This document shows, one piece after another, positions 15,277 through 28,649 of a DNA stretch of 64,000 bases; position 1 is the stretch's first letter; every line of letters starts with the position of its first letter. Location of the stretch: positions 87,916,001 to 87,980,000 of the forward strand of contig OX597821.1 of the NCBI GenBank assembly GCA_951406725.2. The letters run 5' to 3'. Made by a program: the position numbers and the translations under genes. Source of the DNA: Octopus vulgaris. Its lineage: Eukaryota. The notes below the pieces were generated by a model, which saw only the letters and a list, made by a program, of their open reading frames with translations, had not been told where the DNA came from and made no database searches.

Positions 15277-15844
15277 GTGCATACAAATTCACGTACACAC
15301 ACATAAATGCATACACACATATAAATACTTACGTACACACATACACTCATGCATACATACGTACACACACACATACTCAAACATACACACCCATACATAT
15401 ACACGCACGTGACATACTGTACGACCAGAACTGTCACCTTCAAGGATCGGAGGTGAGGTGCTCTTCGGAAGAATTTTCCTCACTCCTCCAACACGACACA
15501 ACCAATTAAATACCATCACAGACTCCGCCGCCATCTACAAACTCCTTGATTTGCTTTGCCAGCGCCATCTAACGATGGACCCAACTGACGCCGTGTCATA
15601 CAAGATCTGTCGTGACTCAACTGTTTCGATCGTGTCTCGTAAATTGATAGCAGGTAAACGACCTATCAGCGTACACATCTTAAATTGCCACGTGTCAAGC
15701 CTCCCCCTACTAGGACCCAGATATTCTCTCTCTGTCACTGTCTGTCTGTCAGTCTGTCTGCTTGTCTCTCACTCTATCCTTCTCTCACACCGTCACCTTA
15801 ACTAGCATAACTGAACTACCAAATGTCACAAACACACTTCTTGT

Positions 15845-16190
15845 GGCTGCTGCTGTCATTACTACTACTACTACTGCTACTACTACTACTACTACTAATA
15901 CTACTAATACTACCACCACCACCATCACTACTACTACTACTACTACTACTGCTACTACCACCACCACCACCACCACTACTACTACTACCACCACCACTAC
16001 TACCACCACCACCACCACCACCACCACCACCACCACTAACACGACTACTACTACTACTACTACTAATATCAGGACTGCTGGTGCTGCTTGTCCTACTGGA
16101 CTTGCTGCTACTGCTGCTACTGCTGCTGCTGCTTGTGCTACTACCCTCATCACCATCATTGGCACTACAGCAGCCGCAGCCACCACCAGC

Positions 16191-16221
<31 letters not shown>

Positions 16222-16329
16222 CCACCACCACCAACAACAACAACAATAACAACAACAGCACTACTGCTGCTACTAACCATGACCACCACGACCACCACTA
16301 CGGCGATCACCACCACCACCACCACCACC

Positions 16330-16378
<49 letters not shown>

Positions 16379-16709
16379 GCACTACTGCTACTATTAACCA
16401 CGACCACCACTACGGCGATCACCACCACCACCATCACCACCACCAACACCACCCACCACCACTACTAGTTATACACAAAACACTACCTCTTTTATTGAAC
16501 AACTTCAAAAACAACAGCAAAATTGCAAGTGCAATTATGCACTCAGTACCTCTTAATTGCGCACACACACATACACACACACACACACAATTATATACAC
16601 ACGTGAATATCTCAGCGTACACGAATCACACACATATATCGTCATAGCGTCGCCAACACTGCAATTTCAACATCATTATCATCTCCATCATTATACTCAC
16701 TATCAGTAA

Positions 16710-16742
<33 letters not shown>

Positions 16743-16800
16743 TATCCTCCCCCTCCTCCTCCTCCTCCTCATCATCATCATCATCATTGCCATCATCATC

Positions 16801-16833
<33 letters not shown>

Positions 16834-16850
16834 GCAATCATCATCAATAT
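15845..16850. repeat. Trinucleotide mosaic (ACT/ACC/CAA/CAT)
   Basis: Direct inspection. Confidence 0.9.
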
Positions 16851-17159
16851 CACCAGGAGAACTTCCCTATCACAACTACCGCCATCACCACTATGGCGCC
16901 CATTACCTGCCCCATTACAATAATCACGACCGCAATATCACCGCTACTTTCATTAACATTACCATCGCCAATGCTATTGCCATCATCATCTCCCCTACGA
17001 CAATTGCATCACTAATGCTGTTTGCAGTAACACCAGCACCATCGCCATTGCCACTGGTATAACCACCAGCACCAACATTAATTCTATCCTCCCTCACCAC
17101 TAATATCACACCATCGCCATCAACACGCTCATTATGATCAGTATTATCGCCACCCTATG

Positions 17160-17705
17160 AGGCGGCGAGCTGGCAGAAACGTTAGCACGCCGGGCGAAAT
17201 GGTTAGCGGTATTTTGTCTTTATGTTCTGAGTGTAAATTCCGCCGAGGTCGACTTTGCCTTTCATCCGTTCGGGGTCGATAAAATAAATACCAGTTACGC
17301 ACTGGGGTCGATATAATCGACATAATCTGTTTGTCTGTCCTTGTTTGTTCTCTCTGTGTTTAGCCCCTTGTGGGTAGTAAAGAAATAGGTATTTCGTCTG
17401 CCGTTACGTTCTGAGTTCAAATCCTGCCGAGGTCGACTTTGCCTTTCTTCCTTCTGGGTTCGATAAAATAAATACCAGTTACGCACTGGGATCGATATAA
17501 TCGACTTAATCCGTTTGTCTGTCCTTGTTTGTTCTCTCTGTGTTTAGCCCCTTGTGGGTAGTAAAGAAATAGGTATTTCGTCTGCCGTTACGTTCTAAGT
17601 TCAAATTCCGCCGAGGTCGACTTTGCCTTTTATCCTTTCGGGGTCGGTTAAATAAGTACCAGTTACGCACTGGGGTCGATATAATCGACTTAATCCGTTT
17701 GTCTT
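17160..17705 (+). mobile_element. SINE family C (Nin-like domain), tandem trimer
   Basis: Head GGCGGCGAGCTGGCAGAAACGTTAGC; GCCTTTCATCC..CGGGGTCGATAAA segment; units restart at 17388 and 17572 (184-bp period). Confidence 0.9.
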
Positions 17706-17711
17706 CTTTTT

Positions 17712-17930
17712 CTACATTGCTCTTCCGTCTATCAAGTAGACTTGCAAAGCCACTCTTCCAAAATACACTTGTCCGTGACGAAAATGCCCTTCCAGTACTG
17801 TTTTGACCTCGTCTACAGAATTAATATTTTTTCCGTCCAAATGATTTTGACAACTGCGGAATAAACGATAATCAGATGGGGCAATGTCTGGCGAATATGG
17901 TGGGTTTTCCATTCAAACTGCTCCAGCCTT
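17712..17930 (-). pseudogene. Mariner transposase C-terminal fragment
   Basis: PPYSPDIAPSDYRLFRSCQNHLDGK, the mariner YSPDLAPSD motif. Confidence 0.85.
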
Positions 17931-17999
17931 AACGAAAATTTTCTCGCCGCCTTAATAACAACAACAACAACAATAACAACAACAATAATAATAATACAA

Positions 18000-18135
18000 A
18001 TCCTTTTTACTGGGAGCACAAGACCTCATATTTGGGGGAAGGGATTAAGTCGATTACATCGACCCACAGTGCGTAAATGGTACTTATTTAATCGACCCCG
18101 AAAGGATGAAAGGTAAAGTCCACCTCGGCGGCGGA
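18000..18135 (-). mobile_element. SINE family C fragment
   Basis: ATCGACCCCGAAAGGATGAAAGGTAAAGTC matches family C; further decayed copies at about 18480-18680 and 18900-19080. Confidence 0.75.
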
Positions 18136-18144
18136 ATCATAATA

Positions 18145-18197
<53 letters not shown>

Positions 18198-18198
<1 letters not shown>

Positions 18199-18330
18199 TT
18201 GTATCCTAGTGTATCCTTATCTGACGGGTAGTCATGATGGGTATACTGGGCTTCGTATATTTTACCGCAGTGTCACTTTGATGGCATGCACTGCTCTCTC
18301 ACTCAATAATAATAATAATAATAATAATAA
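18198..18330 (+). mobile_element. 3' end of (AAT)n-associated retroelement
   Basis: Near-identical to 36920-37030; flanked on both sides by (AAT)n. Confidence 0.8.
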
Positions 18331-18332
18331 GG

Positions 18333-18363
<31 letters not shown>

Positions 18364-19988
18364 TCCATTCTACTATAAGTAGCGACGGGCGAAATATCGC
18401 TAAGTATTTCGCCCGGTGTGCTAACGATTCTGCTAGGTCGGCGTCTTAATAATAATGATGATAATAATAATAGAATGGTTTCTTATTTAGGCACAAAGCT
18501 AGTGATTTTGATTGAAGTGTGGAGGTTAGTCGGTTATATCGACCCAAGTACTTCTTAATCTTATTGATCCTAAAAGGATGAAAGTGAAAATTGATCTCGA
18601 TGTAATTTGAACTCAGAACACAAAGAACTAGAACAAATGACGATGGACATTTCTTTACAACGCTGTAACGATTCCACCATGTTAGTAATATATCTTATTT
18701 ATCAAACCATGACTAATAGATATTAATTATTTCTATATTTGTCACAATGTCATACATATAGAAGAACGTGCTTGTTTTATAGAAATAGTTAAGTTGACAT
18801 CTTCTATAGTTGAATATCATGAGTCTCTGTAGTTCGATATTCTGCCGATTCTGTCTCATCCTATAGTATTAATTATTGTTTCTAATAATTGTTGTACAAT
18901 GCCAGCTATTTCTACGAGATGGGTTAATCAATGCTATTCTACTCCAGTATTTTATTGGTACTTTATGGTGTTGACCCCCGGAGAAATAAAAGGCAAAGTC
19001 GACCTCGGTGGAATTTCAGTTAAGAATGTAAAGAGCGGACGAGAACAAATACCGCAAAGCATTTTATTCCTAAACTCCAAATAGCTGTCCTTCAAATAGA
19101 ACTAATAACAGTACATAGCATGAATAAAAAAAAAACAACACAAACAGACGTAAGAATAAAATGATAACTATGAAGAGTTAAATGTTGAAAGATGAAGCGT
19201 AATTAGAGACACAAGATGGCGAACAAACAAATAAAATAATAATAAGGGAGAAGAGTGCTTAAAGTAAAGTGGAACCAAAACACAGAGGCTAGAAACATGT
19301 TAATGTGTCAATCATTGATTCTGGAGCTGAAAATAGAAAGAAAACGCCTCAATTGGCAGAGTTGTAAGTGGATATATGTGTAATGTATTGATACTTGTGT
19401 AGAGTATAATGTTTGGGCGTCTCTGCATTTGCGTGTGGCCGCATGTGTGAGCCTGTGTGTGTTTGTGTTCGAATGATCGGATGTATAAAGAAAACATAAC
19501 GAAGTTTGTAAGCAAACAAACATAAAAAAAAACCCAGCTTCTCTCATACACAATGTTAGATAGTTTACACACCTTCCTTTACCATAAAGCTGAAACCCAA
19601 CTGGAACGCCCTTTCCATGCCAACATTTTCTTCCCAGGTATCGAATTGTCGACATTTAAGTTGAAAATCAATTGCAACGAACCGATCACTCTCTCTCTCA
19701 TCATACATAGCTTACAAAGTTTGTGTGTGTCTGTGTGTGTGGGCTTCCCTCTGTCAGACAAAATAAAGAATAAAAACAAAAAAAAAAAACAAACAAACAG
19801 AAAATGAACTAAATAACGTAAATGACTAAATAAAAAAATATAAGTAAAATAAAACAGACAAAACAAAAAATCAATTAGTTTTCTCGCAGTTACGTATTTG
19901 TGTAAATATATATTCTATAAACTGGATAAGTTGATATTAGAGAATAGCCATACACATGCATTCATACAAACATGCAGTGTGAGTGAGT

Positions 19989-20024
<36 letters not shown>

Positions 20025-20203
20025 TGTATGCGTTGCTCGAGCGAATCAGCATTATCTAAGGGGTAGTTGTTGCCTCTTTTAAGTATCACCTGTACAAGCG
20101 GAATGTTCCTTATTTACATACCATTTGAGTGAAAAGTTTTCGCAAAACCCCTTTACGATTCTTAAAAGAATTGCAGCAAAGGCATCTACAATAATAAATA
20201 ATA

Positions 20204-20531
20204 CAAGAGCACTCCGTCGGTTGCGACGATGAGGGTCCCAGCTGATACGATCAACGGAACAGCTTGCTCGTGAAATTAACGTGCAAGTGGCCGAGCACCC
20301 AACAAAAACGTGTACCCTTAACGTAGTTCTCGGGGAGATTCAGCGTGAAACAGAGTGTGACGAGGCTGGCCCTTTGAAATACAGGTACAACTAATTTTTG
20401 CCAGCTGAGTGGACTGGAGCAATGTGAAATAAAGTATCTTGCTCAAGGACACAACGCACCGCCGGGAATTGAACTCACGACCTTACAATCATGAACCGAA
20501 TGCCCCTAACCACTAAGCCACGCGCCTTCTC
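20204..20531 (-). mobile_element. tRNA-derived SINE family E (CORE-like)
   Basis: Head GAAGGCGCGTGGCTTAGTGGTTAGG...GTTCAATTCC, then TGTGTCCTTGAGCAAG; possible TSD AATAAATAATA (20193-20203 / 20532-20542). Confidence 0.85.
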
Positions 20532-21098
20532 AATAAATAATAACAACATCTTTCTATATGTAACAAAATCATAAATTAAGTGATTATTTATTTATTTATT
20601 CTTTAATCTAAGATTGGTTTGAAAATTTTTGTATAACGAATATAATTTTGGTAACATTATTCATGCTTTGTTACAGACATGAGAGTTGAATTTGGCTTCA
20701 GGAGTCAAGTCATATATGATATGAATTCAAACGACAGTACATATTTCTGTGAACGGCAGGCATACTTATGACTTCATGGATTATATCAAGTCGATTATAT
20801 CAACTCCAGTGCGTGACTGGTACTTATTTTATCGATCCCGAAAGGATGAAAGGTAAAGTCGACCTCGGCAGAACTTGAACTAAGAGTTGAATTTGAGGTC
20901 AGGAATCAAGTCGATCAATTCAAACGTCAGTAAATATTTCTGTGAACAGCAGGAAAACTTATGACTTCACAGATTCAAAATAGCTTGCTAACTTAACTTT
21001 GCCAGAAGAGTATGGATTTAGAGGTGAATAGATTGTTTAATGCCGATTACATAAACCCAAATACTTGACTGGTTCTACGTTTGTCAGCAGGAACTTAA

Positions 21099-21592
21099 GC
21101 CTCTTCTCCTTATCTCCTCAAAGACATACAGCATCTCGAAAGAGTCCAGAAGCTGGCTACCCGCATGGTTCATGGTCTCAAAAATTTGTCCTATGAAGAA
21201 AGGCTGAGGACGCTCGACCTTTATTCTCTAGAAAAACGCCGCCGCCGTGGTGATCTCATTCTTGCCCACAACATCATAAGCGGAAAGTGTAACCTCTCGA
21301 AAGAGTTGTTCTTCACTCCTGCTCCAGAGCGTCGGCTGCGGGGTCACTCCGAAAAGCTCTATCTGCGACGATTTCATCTCAATCGAAGGAGAGGAGCTTT
21401 CTCCGTCCGGGTTGCGGATCCGTGGAACAAGCTGCCAGACGAGATGGTGAAGATACCGACGACCGCTTTGTTCAAAGCCTCCCTTGACCTCAAGCGGCCT
21501 GAACTCTTTACATGAACACCACCCTGTACTTAACTCCATGTCCCCCTACATGGCCTTGCTATTTGCTTTTGAGCCAAATTAACTAACTAAAT
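21099..21592 (+). mobile_element. 5'-truncated CR1/L2-group LINE (ORF2 C-terminus and 3' UTR)
   Basis: LERVQKLATRMVHGLKNLSYEERLRTLDLYSLEKRRRRGDLI...FSVRVADPWNKLP; (TAAC)n tail; possible TSD AACTTAA (21092-21098 / 21593-21599). Confidence 0.92.
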
Positions 21593-21769
21593 AACTTAAC
21601 GAAACGGAACTAAACGCCACAACGAATTTCACTCGACTACTAATTCTCCCCCTCTACCGCATTAATGATATGCACAATGACATAAATGATAAAGAAGTCA
21701 ATCACAAGTAATTGATTGTTGTTTATATTATCATTCTCGGAACATAAAAAAACACATAAAATAATTATT

Positions 21770-22155
21770 TCTTCTCTAGACACAGGGCCTGGAAAATTTG
21801 TGAGGAAGTGGGCTAGACGATTATATCAACCCCAGTGTGTAATTGGTACTTATTTCATCGATCCCGAAAGGATAAAAGGCAAAATCGACCTCGGCAGAAC
21901 TTGAACTCAGAACGTATCGACAGAAAACACTTAAAATAATTTTGCAAAATATAATTATTTCTTTACTACCCAGAAGGGGCTAAACACAGAGAGGGCAAAC
22001 AAGGACAGACAAAGGGATTAAGCCGATTATATCAACCCCAGTGTGTAATTGGTACTTATTTCACCGATTCCGAAAGGATGAAAGGCAAAGTCGACCTCGG
22101 CAGAACTTGAACTCAGAACGTAGCCACAGAAAACACTTAAAATAATTTTGCAAAA
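21770..22155 (-). mobile_element. SINE family C, local dimer
   Basis: Two truncated units, each followed by the same flank AAAACACTTAAAATAATTTTGCAAAATATA. Confidence 0.8.
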
Positions 22156-22531
22156 TATATTGTTCGACATTCTGCCATTTCACAACACTGCCAGTTTTTT
22201 AACTACAGTAGCGAAAAAGAACAACAAAAATAATGGTTACGAGACCAGCAATTTTCAGAAGCGGGGATCAATGGACTATGTCTATCCCAGTGCTACTTTC
22301 TTTTATCGAATCCAGTAAGATGAAAAGCGAAGCTGGTCTTGGTGGACTAATGAGCTTTGCGAGAGCAATAGAAGAAAAGCTAATATGCATCTCTGCCTAA
22401 GGAACATTGGAAAATCCTGTATAACATCAGAACAAAATACTAGAAAAAAGGAGACCACTTCACTGAAGAGGTCCCACACAGGTAATTGAAACAAAACACA
22501 TAAACTCTTAGGATCTTAGCTGAGGTTAGTA

Positions 22532-22747
22532 ACTCTTTTACTCTTTTACTTGTTTCAGTCATTTGACTGCAGCCATGCGGGAGCACCGCCTTTAATCGAG
22601 CAACTCGACCCCGGGACTTATTCTTTTTGTAAGCCTAGTACTTATTCTATCGGTGTCTTTTGCCGAACCGCTAAGTAACGGGGACATAAACACACCAGTA
22701 TCGGTTGTCAAGCAATGCTAGGGGGACAAACACAGACACACAACCAA

Positions 22748-22802
<55 letters not shown>

Positions 22803-22968
22803 TACGACTGGCTTCTTTCAGTTTCCGTCTACCAAATCCACTCACAAGGCATTGATCGGCCCGGGGCTATAAGCAGAAGACACTTGCCCAAGATGCTACG
22901 CAGTGGGACTGAACCCGGAACCATGTGGTTGGTTAGCAAGCTACTTACCACACAGCCACTCCTGCGCC
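22532..22968 (-). mobile_element. SINE family B, full length
   Basis: Complete head, internal (TA)n, (AAAAGAGT)n tail. Confidence 0.92.
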
Positions 22969-23249
22969 TATATTAGTCAAAAATAAATAATAAAATTCAC
23001 TAAGTCTTCCATGTAGAGTGCCAACAGGTTTATAGTATCTCCCTTTGAAGATTTGTTCTATGTACTGCAGAAGCAAGAAATGTCCACCAAGTACATTTCA
23101 TACCAAAGACAGGAAGTAAGACGGAAAATGAATACATTTGCCAGATCAATGCCAACTGCAGGAGAATATTCACAAGATATTACGTTTCCATAAGATATTA
23201 TTTGGTAACCAGTGCAATTTGCAACAGGGTGAGAAAGAAACACCAAATA

Positions 23250-23812
23250 TTGGTTTCAGATTACGGAACAAGGCCAGCAATGTTGGGGAAGGAGGAAAGT
23301 CGATTACATTGAACCTAACCGCTACTTGTTTTATAGACCCCGAAAGAATGGAAAGCAAAGTCGAGTTCGGCGGAATTTGAGCACAGAAAGTAAAGACGGA
23401 CGAAATACCTACTTCTTTACTACCCACAAGGGGCCAAACACAGAGGGGACAATCGGAGTAAGCCGATTACATCGACCTCATTGCGTAACTGGTACTTAAT
23501 TTATCGACCCCGAAAGGATGAAAGGCAAAATCGACCTCGGCGGAATTTGAACTCAGAACGTAAAAACAGACGAAATACCTATTTCTTTCCTACCCACAAG
23601 GGGCTAAACACAGAAGGGACAAACAAGGACAGACAAACGGATTAAGCCGATTACATCGACCCCAGTGCGTAACTGGTACTTAATTTATCGACCCCGAAAG
23701 GATGAAAGGCAAAATCGACCTCGGCGAAATTTGAACTCAGAACGTAACGGCAGACGAAATACCGCTAAGCATTTCGCCCGGCGTGCTAACGCTTCTGCCA
23801 GCTCGCCGCCTT
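23250..23812 (-). mobile_element. SINE family C, tandem trimer
   Basis: Head at about 23810; internal units joined at the same position as in 17160-17705. Confidence 0.88.
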
Positions 23813-25849
23813 AGAAACAACAAATATCAATGAATATTGAAACTTCAAACTATTTAAATTTATATTTTTATGAACACCTCAAACAATTTAAAGACATCAT
23901 AGCTAATATTCTTGTTTGGGATCACAGAATAAAAGTATGCAGTGTTGCGAAAGTAAACCACACGTTAAATAACAACGTGGATGGAAAAATAAAGGAGAAA
24001 CAAATATAGTGTCATTAACATACACTCTGCAAACTCGATTCCTTAATCGGATTTTTAGTTTTATAGGTATTTCTATGGGAGTGACAGGATGTAAAAATAT
24101 GAATCAACCTGAAGAAATTTAAGTCTAGCGGGATTTGAACTTCTGGAGAATAAATAATAACTCCAAGATTTTTATGGATGAACAGGAACAATGAAAATTT
24201 ACAAGACCATCCTAATGTTTTGATGGTAAATGGTTCTGAAAAAAAAAAACTTACTAACACAAAAAAAAATTAACTCCTTTCTAAAATGTTTTTGCTACTG
24301 AGCAGTGAACGATCGAAATATAAACATCCATCAGTTCATCAATCCATCCATCCGTCCCCCCCGTCCGCCTGTCCCTCCATCCATCCATCCATCCAACCAT
24401 CCATCCATCCATCCGCCCATACACACAGCCATATGTAGACACCTCCATCCATCTATCCAAACATACATACATACATACACACATACATACATACTAACAG
24501 ACATAGACACACGCAACATACATATATATATATACACATATATTCTTACACACACTCTATATATGCATACATACACACAGTTACATACAACTACGCATAC
24601 ATGCATACATACATATACACACATGTGTTAATCTTTTAGTTGGAGGGCAAAGTAGCGGGACCAGATATTGAAAACATTCTGAGATTGCATGGCAGTAAGA
24701 AATATCCTGTATGGAAAAAAAAAAAAATGCAAGATACAGAATGGTCAGATTGAAACCGCAGCCAGAATTTCCGAAAAATTTTCTACATTGAAGTAGTGTC
24801 ATTTCCATGTCATTTTACGTCTTTATCCTGAAAACATTCACAGATGCTATATCACATACTACACCGCTGTTTGAGACACAAAGTGTATATACTGTGCTTC
24901 AGTACGAAGCCTCACAAAATACACCACATTTCATTTTAAATCACAATACACAAATCAAAGCGTGCTCCATACTAGCTCCACACAGCATTACACCACACCA
25001 AAGAACACACAGCTTCATATACTTCACTACCACTATCAGAAGAACGCACAGCAACATCCGTCTCACCCTGACATCATAACATCTGAATACAACATAGATC
25101 ACACAGCAAACACACCCCGCCAAACCGCGTCACACAACGCCATCCAAATACAGCATAGATCACATAGCAGAGAAACACACAACACCGCACAACGCCGAAC
25201 CTCTAACCCTTTCAATAGCACCGCGCCACATTACTTTATACCGATACTATACATCACAACGTGCACCGCCGCCATGCCTTACCATGACATACCATGCCCC
25301 ACACCACCCAGCATTACATGCCACGCCAATCCTCCGCTGTATGCCACATCGCTATATTCTACAAACAAACGATCATTATAGCACTGAGGTGGCATTCATC
25401 ATATTAAGTGAATTAAAATTCTTCAATTTATTTAACATTTTGATAACTAAATGAGTTTGAACTTTGACATGCAGGCTCCAGAATTTATAACCTCTGACTT
25501 CTAATTAAACAAATATTTTCTACAATATATCTATGAACAAAACAGGAATTTGTTATCTTCCAGTCGTTAAAATAATTCAATTTTATTAAAAGTATTCCTC
25601 GAATTTCGCTCTTATCTTTTAGAAGTCAAATTATGTATGGTATGTTATGTATGTACGTATGTATGTATGCATGCATGTATGTGTGTATGTATGTACGTAC
25701 ATCTATGAATATATGTGTGTATATTTTGCACACAATGTACACACACGTATATATATATACAGACACATATTATATATAAAACATACATCTACATGTATAC
25801 ACATACATACATGCTACATAGATTATCTATGTATATGAATCTCTCTCTC

Positions 25850-26176
<327 letters not shown>

Positions 26177-26239
26177 GAATTATATGTATGTTCCTAAGTA
26201 TGTACGTATATATGTTTATATAATTTCTTAAACTTTATG

Positions 26240-26828
26240 AGCTAAATGAAAGGTTAACTCGCCATATTATGCAAAAGAAAAGAACAAAAAATAGAAAAAA
26301 AAGAAGCAAAATGATGAGCCAATCAGCAACGAAAGATTCGCACAAAACAAACTTCCTGTTTCAAAACCAAGTGGAAACTTTATTGAAGGCAATATCAAAA
26401 GTCAGAGACAATAGAATGATGATTAGTCAGAGACAAATAATAACAAAATTCCTAATTTAATATAATATAGGTTTATAATATTTCACAAGATTATTTTTAA
26501 TATCTTTTATAAAAATAAAACTTAATTCAGATTTCTTGCTTAATCTAATCAAGCTTCATCTATAATAAAGAGACAGCGAACGTCTCTGGCCGCCATATTT
26601 ACACCTAATTGTTGGGGCATTTTCAAGGTTAATTTTCTTCTTTTTCTCTTTTCTTTTTCATCTTCTTCCAAATCTACTGTAATTACATCAACCAGCCAAT
26701 CAAAAAGCCCGGCAAATATGCTTTCCATAGTTTAATCAAAATTGCCCGTTCCTCTTCTACTTTTCCATCAGCTGTTTATTAAATCATGCAGTTAAATTTC
26801 TAAAGAATGGTTTGGTTAAATGGGCCTA
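26240..26828. promoter_or_regulatory. Unique island with CCAAT boxes and a YY1-like site (putative promoter/enhancer)
   Basis: AGCCAATCA at about 26317 and 26694; GCCGCCATATTT at about 26589; repeat-free segment between microsatellites. Function is inferred only. Confidence 0.35.
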
Positions 26829-26829
26829 C

Positions 26830-26839
26830 TTTCTTTCCT

Positions 26840-26899
<60 letters not shown>

Positions 26900-26984
26900 T
26901 CATTCTTTCTTTCTTTCTTTTCTTTTCTCTCTTTCTCTCTCTCTTTATCTTTCTTTCTCTCGCTCTTTCTCTCTCTCTCTCTTT

Positions 26985-27015
<31 letters not shown>

Positions 27016-27052
27016 TCTTTCTTTCTTTCTTTCTTTCTTTCTTCCTTTCTCT

Positions 27053-27104
<52 letters not shown>

Positions 27105-27156
27105 TATCTTTTCTTTCCTTCTTTCTCTCTTTCTCTTTCTTTCTTTCTTTCTTTCT

Positions 27157-27191
<35 letters not shown>

Positions 27192-27240
27192 CATTTCGTT
27201 TTGTTTCCTTCTGTCTTTCACTTTCTCTTCTTTCTAGCTT
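26830..27240. repeat. (CTTT)n tract
   Basis: Direct inspection. Confidence 0.95.
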
Positions 27241-27655
27241 CGTTCCTTTTCACCTTCTATTTCCACTGTCCAAACACTATGTTCATCTTTGCACTTCTGT
27301 CTATCTCCCATTTTTCTCTCCCCCCTCTCTCTCTCTTTCTCTTTATATATATATCTCTCTCTCTGTTTGTCTGTGTCTCTCCCTCTTTCCTTCTCTCTCT
27401 CTTTCACCATAGTTCATGCTTTCTGTGTTAAACCTTCCCTACTGTTTCCTCTTTTTTCCCCCTTTTGCTCTCTCTCTCTTATCTTTTTTCTCTTTTTACT
27501 TTCTTTTTTCTCTCTTTCTTTAGACTTTGCTTAACTTTCTACTTTCTCCATTTTTCTTTCACTTTTCAACATTTCCCATAAAACCCGATATTTTCGCTCT
27601 CTACCCACCCTTTATCTCTCTCTTTCTCGCTCTCTCTCTCTCTCACACACACATG

Positions 27656-27687
<32 letters not shown>

Positions 27688-28408
27688 TATGTCCTCTCTC
27701 TCTCTCTCACACACACATATGTCCTCTCTCTCTCACACACTCATTCACACATACACACACACATACAAACCTGTACGCGCGCACATACACACACATACAC
27801 ACATACACACGTACACACACATGCGCTTTCTCTCCCTCTCCATAATTCATCATTCATCATCTTTATATATATACCTCCATCACATCTCTACTTCTCTCTT
27901 TGTCTAAGTTCCTTTCTCCATACATCTAGTTTCACTACATCTCTGTCTTTCTTCCTTATTCCTCAAACCCCTGTCCCCTTCTCTCTATTTCAATCTCACC
28001 TTCAGCACACACACTCTCCGCCCTCCCTAAATCGCCTCCTCCTCTTCCTCAGTCCCTCCGTTTCCTTCCTTCTCTACAACCCCATATTCCTTCTCTCTCT
28101 TAAACCAACTCCTTCCTCCTTGTTTTCCTTTTCTACGCTCCACAGACCCTTCTCTCTAACTATTTTTATCTATCATTCCTTTTCTCCTCATCCACTACCA
28201 CCTGTCTCTTCCTCACACGCTCCGCAATTTCCTCCCTCAATTACGTCCATATCACATTTTTAAACTCTCCTTAAGTCTCTCCTTTTCTCCTCTTACATTC
28301 TTACTATTTCTCCTTCCTTCCAAACCCCTTCGCCTCTGTACCTCTACCACTCACTCCGTCACTATCATTAGTGAATCAAACACAAATCTGCCTTAATAGA
28401 ACAAGTTC

Positions 28409-28464
28409 AGCACAGATCTGTGCTTATGGAACAGGCGTTCCGTTGAGAGGTCAGATCAAGGTCA
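28409..28464 (+). promoter_or_regulatory. 16-bp palindrome plus perfect nuclear-receptor DR5
   Basis: AGCACAGATCTGTGCT (28409-28424); AGGTCA-gatca-AGGTCA (28448-28464). Confidence 0.4.
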
Positions 28465-28649
28465 ATGTTAGTGGTGGAGAGGAAGAAGAAGGAAAATAAT
28501 GGTGATGGTAGCGCTGGTGGTGCGAATGGAGATGAGGTTGAGGTTGAAAGTGTGGGGAACGCCACTGTCAGGGAAAGAAAGAGTAGGTACCTGATATGGA
28601 ATGCCAGAGATAGACAGCGAGAATAAGCGGGAAGAAATAGGTGATGAAA

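Noticed and set aside
15823-16647. 274-aa Leu/Pro/Thr-rich ORF with an apparent signal peptide
   Set aside because: Entirely trinucleotide repeats, open in several frames on both strands; the hydrophobic start is a (CTA)n artefact.
17160-17705. Regularly spaced repeats resembling a CRISPR array
   Set aside because: Units are whole 184-bp SINE segments with no unique spacers; eukaryotic context, no cas genes.
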